DNA of 32,989 nt from Candidatus Rokuibacteriota bacterium (GCA_044866005.1 JBIOTN010000150.1:1-32989); one strand, 5' to 3'; positions 1 through 9,563 are shown, counted from the first letter of the stretch. The notes: generated from the letters alone by a model not told the origin. Made by a program: numbers and translations.

Positions 1-2
1 AA

Positions 3-31
3 TCGGAGGGGGCCGTCGAGGCCCCCTCCGA
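3..31. repeat. REP-like palindrome, family A, copy 1
   Basis: TCGGAGGGGGCC-GTCGA-GGCCCCCTCCGA is a perfect 12-bp inverted repeat just after the stop of 37..1137(-). Related copies at 9528 and 26400. Confidence 0.85.
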
Positions 32-36
32 AGAGG

Positions 37-1137
37 CTAGGGCTGGTTGCGGCGCTCCTCGAGCCCCTTGAGGAGCCGCTCCGCCTGCTCGAGGTTCCGC
101 CGCGCGCTCGCGTGCTGCGGGTCGAGCTCCACGACGAGCCGCCACTCGGCGATCGCCTCTTCGACTTTCTCCTCCTGGTAGAGCCGCAGCCCCTGGCTGT
201 AGTGGTACTGGATCAGCCGGTCGCGCGCCTGGCGGACCAGCGAGGCGACGTCCGGATCGGCCGGGGCCAGCTTCGCGAGCTGCGTGAGCGTCTGGTAGGA
301 CTCGGCGTACCTCCGCTGCTCGAACTGGGTCCGCCCCAGGCCATAGAGGATGGCCTTCTTGAGGTCGAGCGCCTCGGAGCTCTGCGGGCTCGAGCCGAGC
401 AACCGGTCGATTGACGAGCCGGCGAGGGTGTAGTCCCCGCGCTCGAGGGCGTCGCGGGCTTCCACCAGGAGCGGGTGCGGCTCGAGCGGCTCCGCGCGCG
501 CCAGCGCGTCGCCCGAACCGAGCGGCACGCCGGGGATCTCGGGAACCCGGACCGTGGTGCCGGGCAGGAGCCGCCGGCTCGGGGCGAGCTGGTTCGCGTC
601 CGCGATCACGTCGGCACGGCTCCTGTCGCCGTAGTAGCGCTCGGCGAGGGTCGCGAAGGTGTCCCCGGCCCGGACGGTGTGGACGACAAAGCGAACCTCC
701 TTGACGTCGTTCCGCAAGGCCTCGAAGGCGACCGCGTTCCGCGGATCGAGGGCCAGGGCGGCGAGGAACTGGCGGCGGGCCTCGAGCTGGGCGCCGCGGG
801 CGAGCGCGTCGCGGCCGCGCCGGACGCGATCCGCGAGCGCCTGCTCGATCCGCGTCTCCAGTCGGCGCCGGGCTGCTCGCCCCGCGGCGTCCTCGGGGCT
901 GATCGTCAGGACGATCTGCCACTGCTCGAGCGCCGCCCGGAGGTCGCCGACGCGCTCCAGCGCCTCGGCCTTCCCCCGGTGGAACGCGACGAGCTCCTGC
1001 GCGAAAGCCTGGGGCGGCGAGAAGAGGAGCGCGGGTCGGAAGGGGCGCGACGGGCCCCGGTCGGTCGCGCAGCCCGCGAGCGTGACGACGCCCAGGCCGG
1101 CGACGACGGCGAGGCGGAACGGGATGCGCCGGCTCAC
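37..1137 (-). CDS. Lipoprotein with LysM domain and TPR repeats
   Basis: Lipobox LAGC. LysM-like HTVRAGDTFATLAERYYGD...IADANQL...PGTTVRVP. TPR-like helices (YSQGLRLYQEEKVEEAIAEWRLVVELDPQH). GTGA overlap with the upstream gene. Confidence 0.85.
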   Translation of the reverse strand: MSRRIPFRLAVVAGLGVVTLAGCATDRGPSRPFRPALLFSPPQAFAQELVAFHRGKAEALERVGDLRAALEQWQIVLTISPEDAAGRAARRRLETRIEQALADRVRRGRDALARGAQLEARRQFLAALALDPRNAVAFEALRNDVKEVRFVVHTVRAGDTFATLAERYYGDRSRADVIADANQLAPSRRLLPGTTVRVPEIPGVPLGSGDALARAEPLEPHPLLVEARDALERGDYTLAGSSIDRLLGSSPQSSEALDLKKAILYGLGRTQFEQRRYAESYQTLTQLAKLAPADPDVASLVRQARDRLIQYHYSQGLRLYQEEKVEEAIAEWRLVVELDPQHASARRNLEQAERLLKGLEERRNQP

Positions 1138-2225
1138 TTGATCGGCTCCTCGCTGAACGTGTTCAGCGCCCGCGCGAACTCCTCCAGGGTCATGTCGGCG
1201 TAGATCTGCCGGCGATGGACCCTCAGCGAGTTGACGAACGACGGGTTGGCGAGGGGGAGCACGTCGAAGGCCGCGACGTACCCGTGCTCCTTCACGCTCT
1301 GCACGACCGCGTCGTCCGAGTAGCCGAAGGGGTAGGCGAGCATGCGGCCGGGGCGGCCGAGCTGCCGCTGGAGGAGCGCCAGCGGCTGGCCGAGCTCCGC
1401 CTGCATGCGACGGGTGTAGGCCTCGTCCGGCTCCCCGGGTCGCCGTCGGAGGTCGCCGTGGCTCTTGGTGTGCGGCTGGATGTCGAAGCCGTCGGCGGCC
1501 AGCGCGCGGAGCTCCGGCCAGCTCAACGCCTCCCGCCCCACGCCCACGTAGTCGGTGTAGATGAAGAGGGTGGCCGTGAAGCCGAGCTCCTTGAGGACCG
1601 GATACGCGTACCGGAGAAACGACTTGTAGCCGTCGTCGAACGTCAGGACCACCGCATTCCGCGGGATCTGCCGCCGGAGCGAGGTGAAGTCGTGGAAGTC
1701 CGCGAGGCTCACGACCCGGTACCCGCGGCTCTTGAGGAGGCGCATCTGCTGGTCGAAGCTCTTGGCCGCGATCACCAGCTTGCCGCGCCCCTGGGGGGTG
1801 ATGTTGTGGTAGACGAGGACGGGCACGAGCTGGTACCCGTCGGGGTCCACGCCGGCCGGGTTCCAGGGGCGCTTCGGGATCACCACTTCCTGCCCCGCCG
1901 CGAAGCGGGTCGTCCGGTTGAAGTCCTCGATCATCCAGGCCTTGGCCAGGTCCCCGAGGTGCCGCGCCGCCAGCCGCTCGGCCGTGTCGCCGTCCTCGGC
2001 GAAGGTGACGACGAAGTCGTCCGACTCGAACACGGGCGTCGGCCCGAAGTGGAACGGCAACGTGGGCGCGGGAAGCTCGCCCGGCTGCCGCGCGAGCGCC
2101 GCCCGAGGCCGGGGCGGGCCGGCGTCCTCCCGCCGCGGGAGGAGGCCGCAGGCGGCCAGGAGGAGGAGCGCGCCGGCGGCGACGAGCCCCAGACGGACCT
2201 GCCGCGCCCTCCGCCGCTCGCTCAC
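1134..2225 (-). CDS. Polysaccharide deacetylase (NodB/CE4 family) lipoprotein with degenerate LysM-like N-terminal domain
   Basis: Lipobox LAAC; VPVLVYH, LTFDDGY, HTKSH and AYPFG motifs; GDTAERLAARHLGD...GQEVVIP segment. Confidence 0.88.
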   Translation of the reverse strand: MSERRRARQVRLGLVAAGALLLLAACGLLPRREDAGPPRPRAALARQPGELPAPTLPFHFGPTPVFESDDFVVTFAEDGDTAERLAARHLGDLAKAWMIEDFNRTTRFAAGQEVVIPKRPWNPAGVDPDGYQLVPVLVYHNITPQGRGKLVIAAKSFDQQMRLLKSRGYRVVSLADFHDFTSLRRQIPRNAVVLTFDDGYKSFLRYAYPVLKELGFTATLFIYTDYVGVGREALSWPELRALAADGFDIQPHTKSHGDLRRRPGEPDEAYTRRMQAELGQPLALLQRQLGRPGRMLAYPFGYSDDAVVQSVKEHGYVAAFDVLPLANPSFVNSLRVHRRQIYADMTLEEFARALNTFSEEPIK

Positions 2226-3637
2226 GGCGACCCCGCCAATCCGAGGACCTCCAAGACCTTCACGTGCTCTTCCTTCCCCCGCACCTTGAGGGGCCCCAGG
2301 GAGCGCGTGCGGACCAGCCCTTCCACCTTGGTGTAGGTCCGCTGGCTGATCAGGATCTGACCCGGGCGGGCGGCGCCCTCGAGCCGCGCGGCGAGGTTCA
2401 CGCTGTCGCCGACCACGGTGTACTCCATCCGCTCCTCGGTGCCCACCGTGCCGGCGACGACCTCGCCGGCGCTGATCCCGATCCCCACCGCGATCGGCTC
2501 CTGCCCGGCCGCGGCCCGCCGGCGGCTCAGCTCGACGACGCCGGCCTGCATGGCGAGCGCGGTCCGGATCGCCTGGATGGAGTGCGAGGAGTGCGAGATG
2601 GGCGCCCCGAAGATCGCCATCACGCCGTCGCCGAGGAACTTGTCGAGCGTCCCGTCGTGCTTGAAGGTGGTGTCGATCATGAGGGTGTAGAACTCGTTCA
2701 GCAGCTGGACCACCGCCTCCGGCGTCAGCCGCTCGGAGAGCGGGGTGAACCCGCGGATGTCGCAGAAGAGGACCGTGACGTCCCGCCGCTCGCCCTTGAG
2801 GACCGCCCGCTCGGGATCCTTCAGGATCTCGTCGACGACCTCACGGGCGACGTAGCGCGTGAAGGCGCGCTTGATCATCTCCTTCTCGCGCAGGCTCTGG
2901 GCCATCCGGTTGAAGGACTCCGTGAGCGCGCCGATCTCGTCGCGCGAGGGGACGGCGAGCGAGACCTTGAGGTTCCCGGCGGCGATGGACCGGGTCGCCT
3001 CGACCAGCCGGTAGAGGGGGCGCGACAGGACGGTCGACAGCACGATGGCGCCCCCGATCCCGATGACGACCAGCAGGGCGCTGATCAGAATCGTCTGCTG
3101 GCGGGCCTGGGCGAGGGCCTGGTCGATGGACTTCTCGCTGAAGCCGAGATAGAGGGCGCCGACCCGCGTGTTGCTGAAGACGAGCGGCACCGCGAAGTCC
3201 AGGAGCCGGCCGTGCACGGGATCCACGTGGGGCTGGACGGCGACACGGTCGACGACCACGGAGAGCCCGGGCGGCCGCACGTAGGGCGCGCCGATCAGGC
3301 CGACGTCCCCGTGCGCCACGATCTTCCCGCGATGGTCGACCATGACGACGTAGGCGACGTCGGGGTCCTTCAAGGCGTCCTTGACGAGGAGCGTCAGGGA
3401 GAGCTCGTCGTCCGTGAGGAGCGGCTTCTTCGCGCTGGCCGCGAGGCTCTGGGCGATGGTGAGGCCGCGCTTGGTGATCTGGGCGCGGAGGCTCCGTTGC
3501 TCCTCCCGGAGAAGGAACGCGGTGACCAGGAAGACGGTCACCACGAGGAGCGCCGCCGTCACCAGGCTGAGCTTGAGCTTCAGGGAGAGCCGGACGCCGG
3601 CTCTCCGGGCGCCGCTGGCAGGCCGCGCCTCTTCCAT
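2222..3637 (-). CDS. Membrane-bound class III adenylate cyclase (2 TM, extracellular sensor, HAMP, cyclase domain)
   Basis: Motifs FCDIRGFT, DKFLGDGVMA, YTVVGDSVNLAARLE, VRGK. HAMP segment DEIGALTESFNRMA. GGAGG RBS upstream. Confidence 0.92.
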   Translation of the reverse strand: MEEARPASGARRAGVRLSLKLKLSLVTAALLVVTVFLVTAFLLREEQRSLRAQITKRGLTIAQSLAASAKKPLLTDDELSLTLLVKDALKDPDVAYVVMVDHRGKIVAHGDVGLIGAPYVRPPGLSVVVDRVAVQPHVDPVHGRLLDFAVPLVFSNTRVGALYLGFSEKSIDQALAQARQQTILISALLVVIGIGGAIVLSTVLSRPLYRLVEATRSIAAGNLKVSLAVPSRDEIGALTESFNRMAQSLREKEMIKRAFTRYVAREVVDEILKDPERAVLKGERRDVTVLFCDIRGFTPLSERLTPEAVVQLLNEFYTLMIDTTFKHDGTLDKFLGDGVMAIFGAPISHSSHSIQAIRTALAMQAGVVELSRRRAAAGQEPIAVGIGISAGEVVAGTVGTEERMEYTVVGDSVNLAARLEGAARPGQILISQRTYTKVEGLVRTRSLGPLKVRGKEEHVKVLEVLGLAGSP

Positions 3638-3701
3638 CGCCCCTCCCTGCCCCGAGCGGGACTCCGGGAAAATCCCGAGGCCCCCCGCACCGGGGACTCT
3701 G

Positions 3702-3732
3702 AACGTACCACGGAGGCCGCCCGGGCCGTCAA
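3702..3732 (-). promoter_or_regulatory. Putative sigma70-type promoter (extended -10) for the cyclase operon
   Basis: Minus strand TTGACG-N19-TACGTT with TG immediately upstream of the -10. The spacer is long, so this is tentative. Confidence 0.35.
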
Positions 3733-4481
3733 CCTTGCAGAGTGTCGCGCTGGACGCTCCCCGCGGCGGGCATGCGGCGGGCCGGACAGTCCGGCACCCA
3801 GCACCGTCGGCACTGGACGAAGTAGTGGTCGACCCGCGCCGCCCGGCCGATCCCGACCAGGAACGAAATGGTCTTTGCCGGCGCGAGGCCCCCGTCGGGC
3901 CTCACCCGGACCCCGATCTCGGCGGCCGGGCAGAGGCCGACCAGCCTCCGCTGCTCGCCGAGGTCCCAGCCGGCCAGCCCGGGGCTGATCCGGTTCGTGA
4001 CGCGAAGGCCGCGCGCGACCCCCAGCCGACAGAGGTGGTCGTTCGCCCACTCGGCCACGCACTCCACCGCGGCGGAGGCGGCGCTGTCGAGCAGGGTCGC
4101 CCCCACGGTGTCGCCGGCCGCGCGTCGAGCCGACACGCGCCGCGGCAGCTCGTCCCCGACCGTGGCCAGGCCGACCGCGACGGCGTCGATCGCGCCCCAG
4201 TGCCGCCCGATGTCGGGGATGTGGAACTCGGAACCGCCGGCGAGCACGAGCCGGTCGGGCTCGGCCGCCGCGATCGGGAGCGTCCGGTAGACGAGCCCCG
4301 GCCGCGCGGCGTTCTCGGCTTCGCGCCGGGCGGCGCTCAGGCCGGCGGCGGCCTCCGGCGAGAGCGGCAGCAGGGGCTTGTAGGCCTGAAACGCACGGAC
4401 CTCGTCCGGGTCGATGCGGAAGGGAACCGCCCGCAGGACGACGGGGAGTGGATCGAGGAGGTCCGGGGTCACGGCCGCCAT
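3729..4481 (-). CDS. Stand-alone cobalamin-dependent methionine synthase activation (reactivation) domain protein
   Basis: LLDSAASAAVE, RISPGLAGWDLGEQ, PAKTISFLVGIG and C-terminal CxxCx4CxxR typical of stand-alone activation domains. Start placed at ATG 4481. Confidence 0.75.
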   Translation of the reverse strand: MAAVTPDLLDPLPVVLRAVPFRIDPDEVRAFQAYKPLLPLSPEAAAGLSAARREAENAARPGLVYRTLPIAAAEPDRLVLAGGSEFHIPDIGRHWGAIDAVAVGLATVGDELPRRVSARRAAGDTVGATLLDSAASAAVECVAEWANDHLCRLGVARGLRVTNRISPGLAGWDLGEQRRLVGLCPAAEIGVRVRPDGGLAPAKTISFLVGIGRAARVDHYFVQCRRCWVPDCPARRMPAAGSVQRDTLQG

Positions 4482-4510
4482 CGTCCCACGACTACCCCAC
4501 CGCGGCGCCC

Positions 4511-4539
4511 TTGACAACGGCGTGCGCCTGACCTACGAG
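4511..4539 (+). promoter_or_regulatory. Possible sigma70 promoter for the LVIVD gene
   Basis: TTGACA-N17-TACGAG; perfect -35 but weak -10. Confidence 0.35.
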
Positions 4540-4601
4540 TGTCGGTACCCGCGCCGCCCGTCGCGGTCCGCCCGTCCCCTGGAATCCGAGGAGGAACCGC
4601 C

Positions 4602-6074
4602 ATGCCCTCGTCGCCCCCGAGCCGCCTGGCCTGCGTCCTCGTCGCCCTCGCGCTCTCGGCTGCCGGCACCGCCCCCATCGCCGCGCAGCCGGCGAGCGGG
4701 ACGGGGCACCCGGCCGAAGCTCACGACATGGCCCTCGTCGGCCACGACGATCTTCAGGGCCGCTCGGCCTACCAGCCCTGGGTCCACCGGCAGGGCGGCC
4801 GCTTCATCGCGTACGTGGGCCACCACGGCGGGCAGGCGCTGAATCCTCTGACGGGCCGGTCCGAGCCGAACGGCACCTCCATCGTGGACGTGACCGATCC
4901 GCGCCAGCCCCGCTACCTCCATCACCTGCCGGGATCGGCGGCGGGGACGGGAGAAGCGGGCGGCGCCCAGATGGTCCGCCTCTGCGAGGGCCGTGACCTG
5001 CCTCGGGGGGTGGGCGGGACGACGTACCTGCTCCGCACGCTCGGCAACCTGGCGCACGAGGTCTGGGACGTCACCGAGCCCAGGCGGCCCACGCTCGTGA
5101 CGACCGTCGTGTCGGGTCTCGACGGCACGCACAAGAACTGGTGGGAGTGCGACACCGGGATCGCCTACCTCGTCGCGGACGGCCGGCCCGCCGGCTGGCG
5201 GACCAGTCGCATGACGAAGATCTTCGACCTCAGCGACCCCGCCCGGCCGCGCTTCATCCGGGACTTCGGCCTGCCCGGCCAGGAACCGGGCTCCGCCGTG
5301 ACCCCCGTGCCGCCGCGCCTTCACGGACCGATCGCGCTCCGGAACCGCGTCTATTTCGCCTACGGCCCGAGCGAGGACGGCGTGCTGCAGATCGTCGACC
5401 GGGACAAGCTCCTGAAGGGTGACCCGAGCGCGCCCGACCCCTTCGCGCCGACCCCGGCGAGCCTCCTCTATCCCCAGATCGGCCGGCTCGACATGGCGCC
5501 GAACTGGGGCGGGCACACGAGCTTCCCCGTCCTCGGCGTGACCATTCCCGACTTCGCGCCGAACCTCAAGGGACAGGTGCGCGACTTCGTCATCCTCGTC
5601 TCCGAGGCCACGGGGCAGAACGAGTGCCGAGAGTTCCGGCACCTCACCTTCGTCATCGACGTCACGACCGAGGCGAAGCCCTTCGGGGTGGCGAACTTCC
5701 AGGTGCCCGAAGCCCGGGGCAAGTTCTGCGCGCGCGGCGGGCGCTTCGGGCCGCATTCCTCGAACGAGTCGTTCGCCCCCGTCTTCTACGGGAAGCTCGT
5801 CTTCCTCGCCTACTTCAACGCCGGCGTGCGGGCGGTGGACATCCGCGACCCGTACAATCCCCGGGAGGCGGCCTTCTTCATCCCGGCGACGACACCGAAG
5901 ACCGATCCGCGCTGCGTGAAGGTCGGGGGACAGGATCGCTGCAAGCTGGCGATCCAGACGAACAACGTCGAGGTGGACGAACGGGGCTACGTCTACCTGG
6001 CGGACCGGGCGAACACGGGCCTCCACATCGTCGAGTTGACCGGCGCCGCGCGCCGGATCGCCAACTTGCCCTGA
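4602..6074 (+). CDS. Secreted LVIVD-repeat (beta-propeller-like) protein
   Basis: Signal peptide; repeats SIVDVTDPRQP, VWDVTEPRRP, IFDLSDPARP, RAVDIRDPYNP; GAGGAGG RBS before ATG 4602. Confidence 0.8.
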   Translation: MPSSPPSRLACVLVALALSAAGTAPIAAQPASGTGHPAEAHDMALVGHDDLQGRSAYQPWVHRQGGRFIAYVGHHGGQALNPLTGRSEPNGTSIVDVTDPRQPRYLHHLPGSAAGTGEAGGAQMVRLCEGRDLPRGVGGTTYLLRTLGNLAHEVWDVTEPRRPTLVTTVVSGLDGTHKNWWECDTGIAYLVADGRPAGWRTSRMTKIFDLSDPARPRFIRDFGLPGQEPGSAVTPVPPRLHGPIALRNRVYFAYGPSEDGVLQIVDRDKLLKGDPSAPDPFAPTPASLLYPQIGRLDMAPNWGGHTSFPVLGVTIPDFAPNLKGQVRDFVILVSEATGQNECREFRHLTFVIDVTTEAKPFGVANFQVPEARGKFCARGGRFGPHSSNESFAPVFYGKLVFLAYFNAGVRAVDIRDPYNPREAAFFIPATTPKTDPRCVKVGGQDRCKLAIQTNNVEVDERGYVYLADRANTGLHIVELTGAARRIANLP

Positions 6075-6309
6075 GCCGCCGGGCGGCAGGCGCCGCCCCG
6101 CATCCCGCCCGCGCGGCCGCCCGAGCGGATCGGCCGCCTGATCGCGCCGCCCGGTTGCCGGGCCGCCCCCCGCCCGGCCGCGGTCGAATCGCGTCGCCCG
6201 TCTGATGACTGCCGGAGTTTCCCCCACTCTCGGGTGACCCTTCGCCCGGCGACCCGTCGGGCCGACGGCCCGTAGAGGCGGAATCCCGCGTCAGATCGGA
6301 ATCTCTCCG

Positions 6310-6326
6310 TTGGTACACCCGTTGCC
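6310..6326 (+). promoter_or_regulatory. sigma54 (-24/-12) promoter of the lipid operon
   Basis: TTGGTACACCCGTTGCC: GG(6312-13)-N10-GC(6324-25), directly upstream of the RBS and start. Confidence 0.7.
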
Positions 6327-6353
6327 TTTCCACACCGGCCGGAGGGCATGGGG

Positions 6354-7025
6354 ATGGCCGACCACCGGAGCGCGGCGATGCGACCCCAGCGGCGGCCGGT
6401 GCGTCTGCGTGACAACCGGTGGGTCCGCGCGACCGCCGCCAGGCTGGGGCGGGTCGGGATCCGACCGAACCAGGTCTCGGGCGCGAGCCTGGTCTTCGCC
6501 GGCCTGACCGCGGCCTGCCTGGCGCTCGCGCGGAGCGCGGCGGAGGATGCGCGGAGCGCCCTCTTCCTCGCCGCGGCTGCGTTCATCCCGCTTCGCGGAC
6601 TCTGCAACCTCTGGGACGGCCTCCTGGCCGTCGAAGGGGGGGCGCAAACGCCGGCGGGCGAGGTCTTCAACGACCTGCCGGACCGGATCTCCGATGCGCT
6701 GATGCTCGTCGCCGCCGGCTATTCGGTGGCCGGCGTGCCGTGGGCCGCCGAGCTGGGCTGGCTGGCGGGCCTCCTGGCCGTGATGACGGCGTACGTGCGC
6801 CTGCTCGGTGTGGCCGCGGGCGCGCCGCCCCAGTACTGCGGCCCCATGGCCAAGACCCATCGCATGGCGCTGCTCGGCGCGGCGTGCGTCGCCGCGGCGG
6901 TGGAAGCGGCGCTGGGCGGGGCCGAGCGCGCCATGCCGCTGGCGCTCGCGGCGGTGGCGCTCGGCTGCGTCGTGACGGTCGCGCGTCGGACCGTCCGCAT
7001 CCTCCGGGCGCTGGCATCGCCATGA
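6354..7025 (+). CDS. CDP-alcohol phosphatidyltransferase family protein (YnbA-like)
   Basis: NLWDGLLA...GEVFNDLPDRISD matches the DGxxA...G...DxxxD motif; PNQVS; GPMAK. Start is 6348 or 6354; RBS spacing favours 6354. Confidence 0.85.
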   Translation: MADHRSAAMRPQRRPVRLRDNRWVRATAARLGRVGIRPNQVSGASLVFAGLTAACLALARSAAEDARSALFLAAAAFIPLRGLCNLWDGLLAVEGGAQTPAGEVFNDLPDRISDALMLVAAGYSVAGVPWAAELGWLAGLLAVMTAYVRLLGVAAGAPPQYCGPMAKTHRMALLGAACVAAAVEAALGGAERAMPLALAAVALGCVVTVARRTVRILRALASP

Positions 7026-7636
7026 GTCCCGCCCTGGCGACGGCGGTGGCGGGCGCGGTGCGGGGCGCCGTCGGCCTGACGGTGCGCTGGACGGCCGGCG
7101 AGCCCGATCTCCGGCCACGCGTCTACTTCGCCAACCACACGAGCCACCTCGACGCCCTGGTGCTCTGGTCGGCCCTGCCGGGGAGGGTCCGCGCGCTCGC
7201 GCGGCCGGTCGCCGCCCGCGACTACTGGGACCGCGGACCGTGGCGTTCCCTGTCCGTGGGTCTGTTCGACGCCGTGCTCATCGAGCGCGACAATCCGGAC
7301 GCGGCGGCGCGGCGCCGGCAGCTCGAGCGCCTGATGACGGCGATGGGTGAGGGGCACTCGCTCATCGTCTTTCCCGAAGGCACGCGCCGCAGCGGCCCCG
7401 GCGTCGGACCCTTCAAGAGCGGACTCTTCCACCTCGCCCTGATGAAGCCCGGCCTCGAGCTCTGGCCCGCCTACATCGAGAACGCCGGCCGGATCCTTCC
7501 CAAGGGCGAGCTCCTCCCGGTGCCGATGCTGTGCTCGGTGAGCTTCGGCGGCCCGCTCGGCCTCGCGGACGCGGAACCGAAGGAGGCCTTCCTCGAGCGA
7601 GCACGCGCGGCCCTCCGCCGCCTGGGGCCGGCATGA
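7022..7636 (+). CDS. Lysophospholipid / 1-acyl-sn-glycerol-3-phosphate acyltransferase (PlsC family)
   Basis: NHTSHLD, FPEGTR and FKSG motifs; ATGA overlap at 7022-7025. Confidence 0.88.
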   Translation: MSPALATAVAGAVRGAVGLTVRWTAGEPDLRPRVYFANHTSHLDALVLWSALPGRVRALARPVAARDYWDRGPWRSLSVGLFDAVLIERDNPDAAARRRQLERLMTAMGEGHSLIVFPEGTRRSGPGVGPFKSGLFHLALMKPGLELWPAYIENAGRILPKGELLPVPMLCSVSFGGPLGLADAEPKEAFLERARAALRRLGPA

Positions 7637-8586
7637 CGCTCGCGGCGGGCCTCGATCCGCGTCTCTGGTACCTCTTCGGCGGCGTGTCGGGCGCGCTGGC
7701 GCTCGGCACGGCCGTCGGGCTCTTCCTCGAGCGGCGGGTCACGGGGGAGGCAGCGCGCGCGACCGTCGCCAACATCAACGCCCGCGTCCGCGGGTGGTGG
7801 GCCATGTGCGCCCTGTTCGGCGTCGCGGTGGTCAGCGGCGGCGTCGCGTCCTTCGTCTTCTTCGGTCTCGTCTCCTGGCTGGCGCTCCGGGAGCTCGTCA
7901 CGCTGCTCCCCACCCGTCGGGCCGACCACCGGCCGCTCCTGTGGATCTTCTACGTCGTGACGCCGATCCAGTACTGGCTGGCGGCGACCGGCCGCTCCGC
8001 GGGGTTCGTCCTGTTCGTCCCGGTTGTCGCGGGCTCGTGGCTCGCCGTGCGCATGGCGCTGGGGGGCGACACCGAACGGTTCCTCGAGCGCGTGGCGACG
8101 CTCCAGTGGGGCGTGATGCTGTGCGTGTACTGCGTGAGCCACGTCCCGGCGCTCCTGCGTCTCGACCTGCCGGCCGCGGCGAACCGTCGGCTCAACCTGC
8201 TCGTGTTCCTGGTCACGGTGGTCGAGCTGAGCGACGTCCTCCAGTACGTGTGGGGCAAGATCGCGGGCGGGCGGCGGATCGCCCCGGCCATCAGCCCGAA
8301 CAAGACGTGGGCGGGATTCGTCGGCGGGGTCGGCTCGGCCACGCTGGTCGGGACGGGGCTCTGGTGGGTCACGCCGTTCACGCCCTGGCAGGCGGCGGGC
8401 GTCTCGCTCGCCGTCACGCTCGCCGGCTTCGCCGGCGGGCTGGTGATGTCGGCGGTCAAGCGGGATCGCGGGATCAAGGACTACGGCAGCCTCATCAGCG
8501 GGCACGGCGGGGTCCTCGATCGGATCGACTCGATCTGCTTCGCCGCGCCGGTCTTCTACCACCTCACCCGGCTGCTCCTCCGCTGA
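7633..8586 (+). CDS. Phosphatidate cytidylyltransferase (CdsA/YnbB-like)
   Basis: SDVLQYVWGK, ISPNKTWAG, KRDRGIKDYG, HGGVLDRIDS motifs; ATGA overlap at 7633-7636. Confidence 0.9.
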   Translation: MTLAAGLDPRLWYLFGGVSGALALGTAVGLFLERRVTGEAARATVANINARVRGWWAMCALFGVAVVSGGVASFVFFGLVSWLALRELVTLLPTRRADHRPLLWIFYVVTPIQYWLAATGRSAGFVLFVPVVAGSWLAVRMALGGDTERFLERVATLQWGVMLCVYCVSHVPALLRLDLPAAANRRLNLLVFLVTVVELSDVLQYVWGKIAGGRRIAPAISPNKTWAGFVGGVGSATLVGTGLWWVTPFTPWQAAGVSLAVTLAGFAGGLVMSAVKRDRGIKDYGSLISGHGGVLDRIDSICFAAPVFYHLTRLLLR

Positions 8587-9440
8587 TGGCGCCCGCGATC
8601 TGGAAGCACTCCCGGCGCGACGCCTTCCCGTTCGGCGTGTCGATGCTCGCGCTGGCGCTGCACGCCTGGCTGGCGGTGACGTGGAACGCCCGGACCCCGG
8701 TGGAGCGCGTGGCGCTCATGCCGCTCGCGGTGCTGCTCTACTGGTACAACGGCGCCATCGCCACGCACAACTTCCTTCACACGGCGTGGTTCCGGCACCA
8801 GCTGGCGAACCGGCTCTACGCGGCGATCGGCTCGGTGACCCTCGGGGTGCCGGTGACGATCTGCCGCTTCCACCACCTGAACCACCATCGGTACGGGAAC
8901 GACCCGCGCGGGCCCGACGGGAAGACCCGCGACCGGTCGTCCACCTACGCGCTGGGACGGAACGGCCGTCACGCGGGCCTTCTGCCCTATTGCCTGACCG
9001 GCCTGTTCCGGGGCGGCATCGGGGACGCGGCGCGCGAGGCGATCCACAAGGCGCCCCGCGACCTCGCGCTCGAGGTCGCCTGCTGCGCCCTGGCCCTGGG
9101 CGGCTGCCTGGCGCTCTCCTGGCGGTATCTGGTCTTCTTCGCGCTGCCGGTCTTCTACGCGGGATCGTGCATCGGGACGCTGGGAAACTACTACCAGCAC
9201 GCCGGCGCGCTGGGGCGCGATCGCCGGTCCAACGCGGTGAGCTACTACGGCCGGCTCTACAATGCGCTCCTCTGCAACGAGGGGTACCACCAGGAGCATC
9301 ACTGGCGCCCGCAGGCGCACTGGACCCGCCGCCCGGAGCTCCGGCGGCAGCTCGCCGGCGCCGCGAGGCAGGTGTCGGCCGTGCCCCCGGTCCTCGGCTT
9401 TCTGGACCGGACGCGAGCCCGCGCGCTGCAGGGCGGTTGA
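8586..9440 (+). CDS. Membrane fatty acid desaturase/hydroxylase family protein
   Basis: Three His boxes HNFLH, HHLNHH, HQEHH; TM segments; TGATG coupling at 8584-8588. Confidence 0.85.
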   Translation: MAPAIWKHSRRDAFPFGVSMLALALHAWLAVTWNARTPVERVALMPLAVLLYWYNGAIATHNFLHTAWFRHQLANRLYAAIGSVTLGVPVTICRFHHLNHHRYGNDPRGPDGKTRDRSSTYALGRNGRHAGLLPYCLTGLFRGGIGDAAREAIHKAPRDLALEVACCALALGGCLALSWRYLVFFALPVFYAGSCIGTLGNYYQHAGALGRDRRSNAVSYYGRLYNALLCNEGYHQEHHWRPQAHWTRRPELRRQLAGAARQVSAVPPVLGFLDRTRARALQGG

Positions 9441-9499
9441 CCGCGACCCCGGGTTGGAAGGTCGGCGCGTCACGGCCGAGACAATCAAGGGCCGAACGG

Positions 9500-9559
9500 T
9501 CCCGACCCGGCTGCGGGTCGGGAGGGCCGTCGGAGGGGGGCCTCGGCCCCCCTCCGACG
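9500..9559. repeat. Tandem hairpins including REP-like family A copy 2, between convergent genes
   Basis: TCCCGACCCG-GCTG-CGGGTCGGGA (9500-9523) followed by CGTCGGAGGGGGGCC-TC-GGCCCCCCTCCGACG (9528-9559). Confidence 0.8.
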
Positions 9560-9563
9560 AAGA

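Noticed and set aside
3..31. Palindromic repeats as a CRISPR array
   Set aside because: Copies are kilobases apart with no regular spacers, and no cas genes are present.
2264..3988. Long antisense or alternate-frame ORFs (for example 2264..3988+, 4533..6227-, 16581..18320+, 28537..29928-)
   Set aside because: Shadow ORFs typical of very high GC DNA. They are Arg/Gly/Pro-rich, carry no motifs and overlap well-supported genes.
6195..6225. CTGATGACTGCC resembling the 3' end of a second fluoride riboswitch
   Set aside because: No upstream GGCGATGG/P1 stem or pseudoknot complement.
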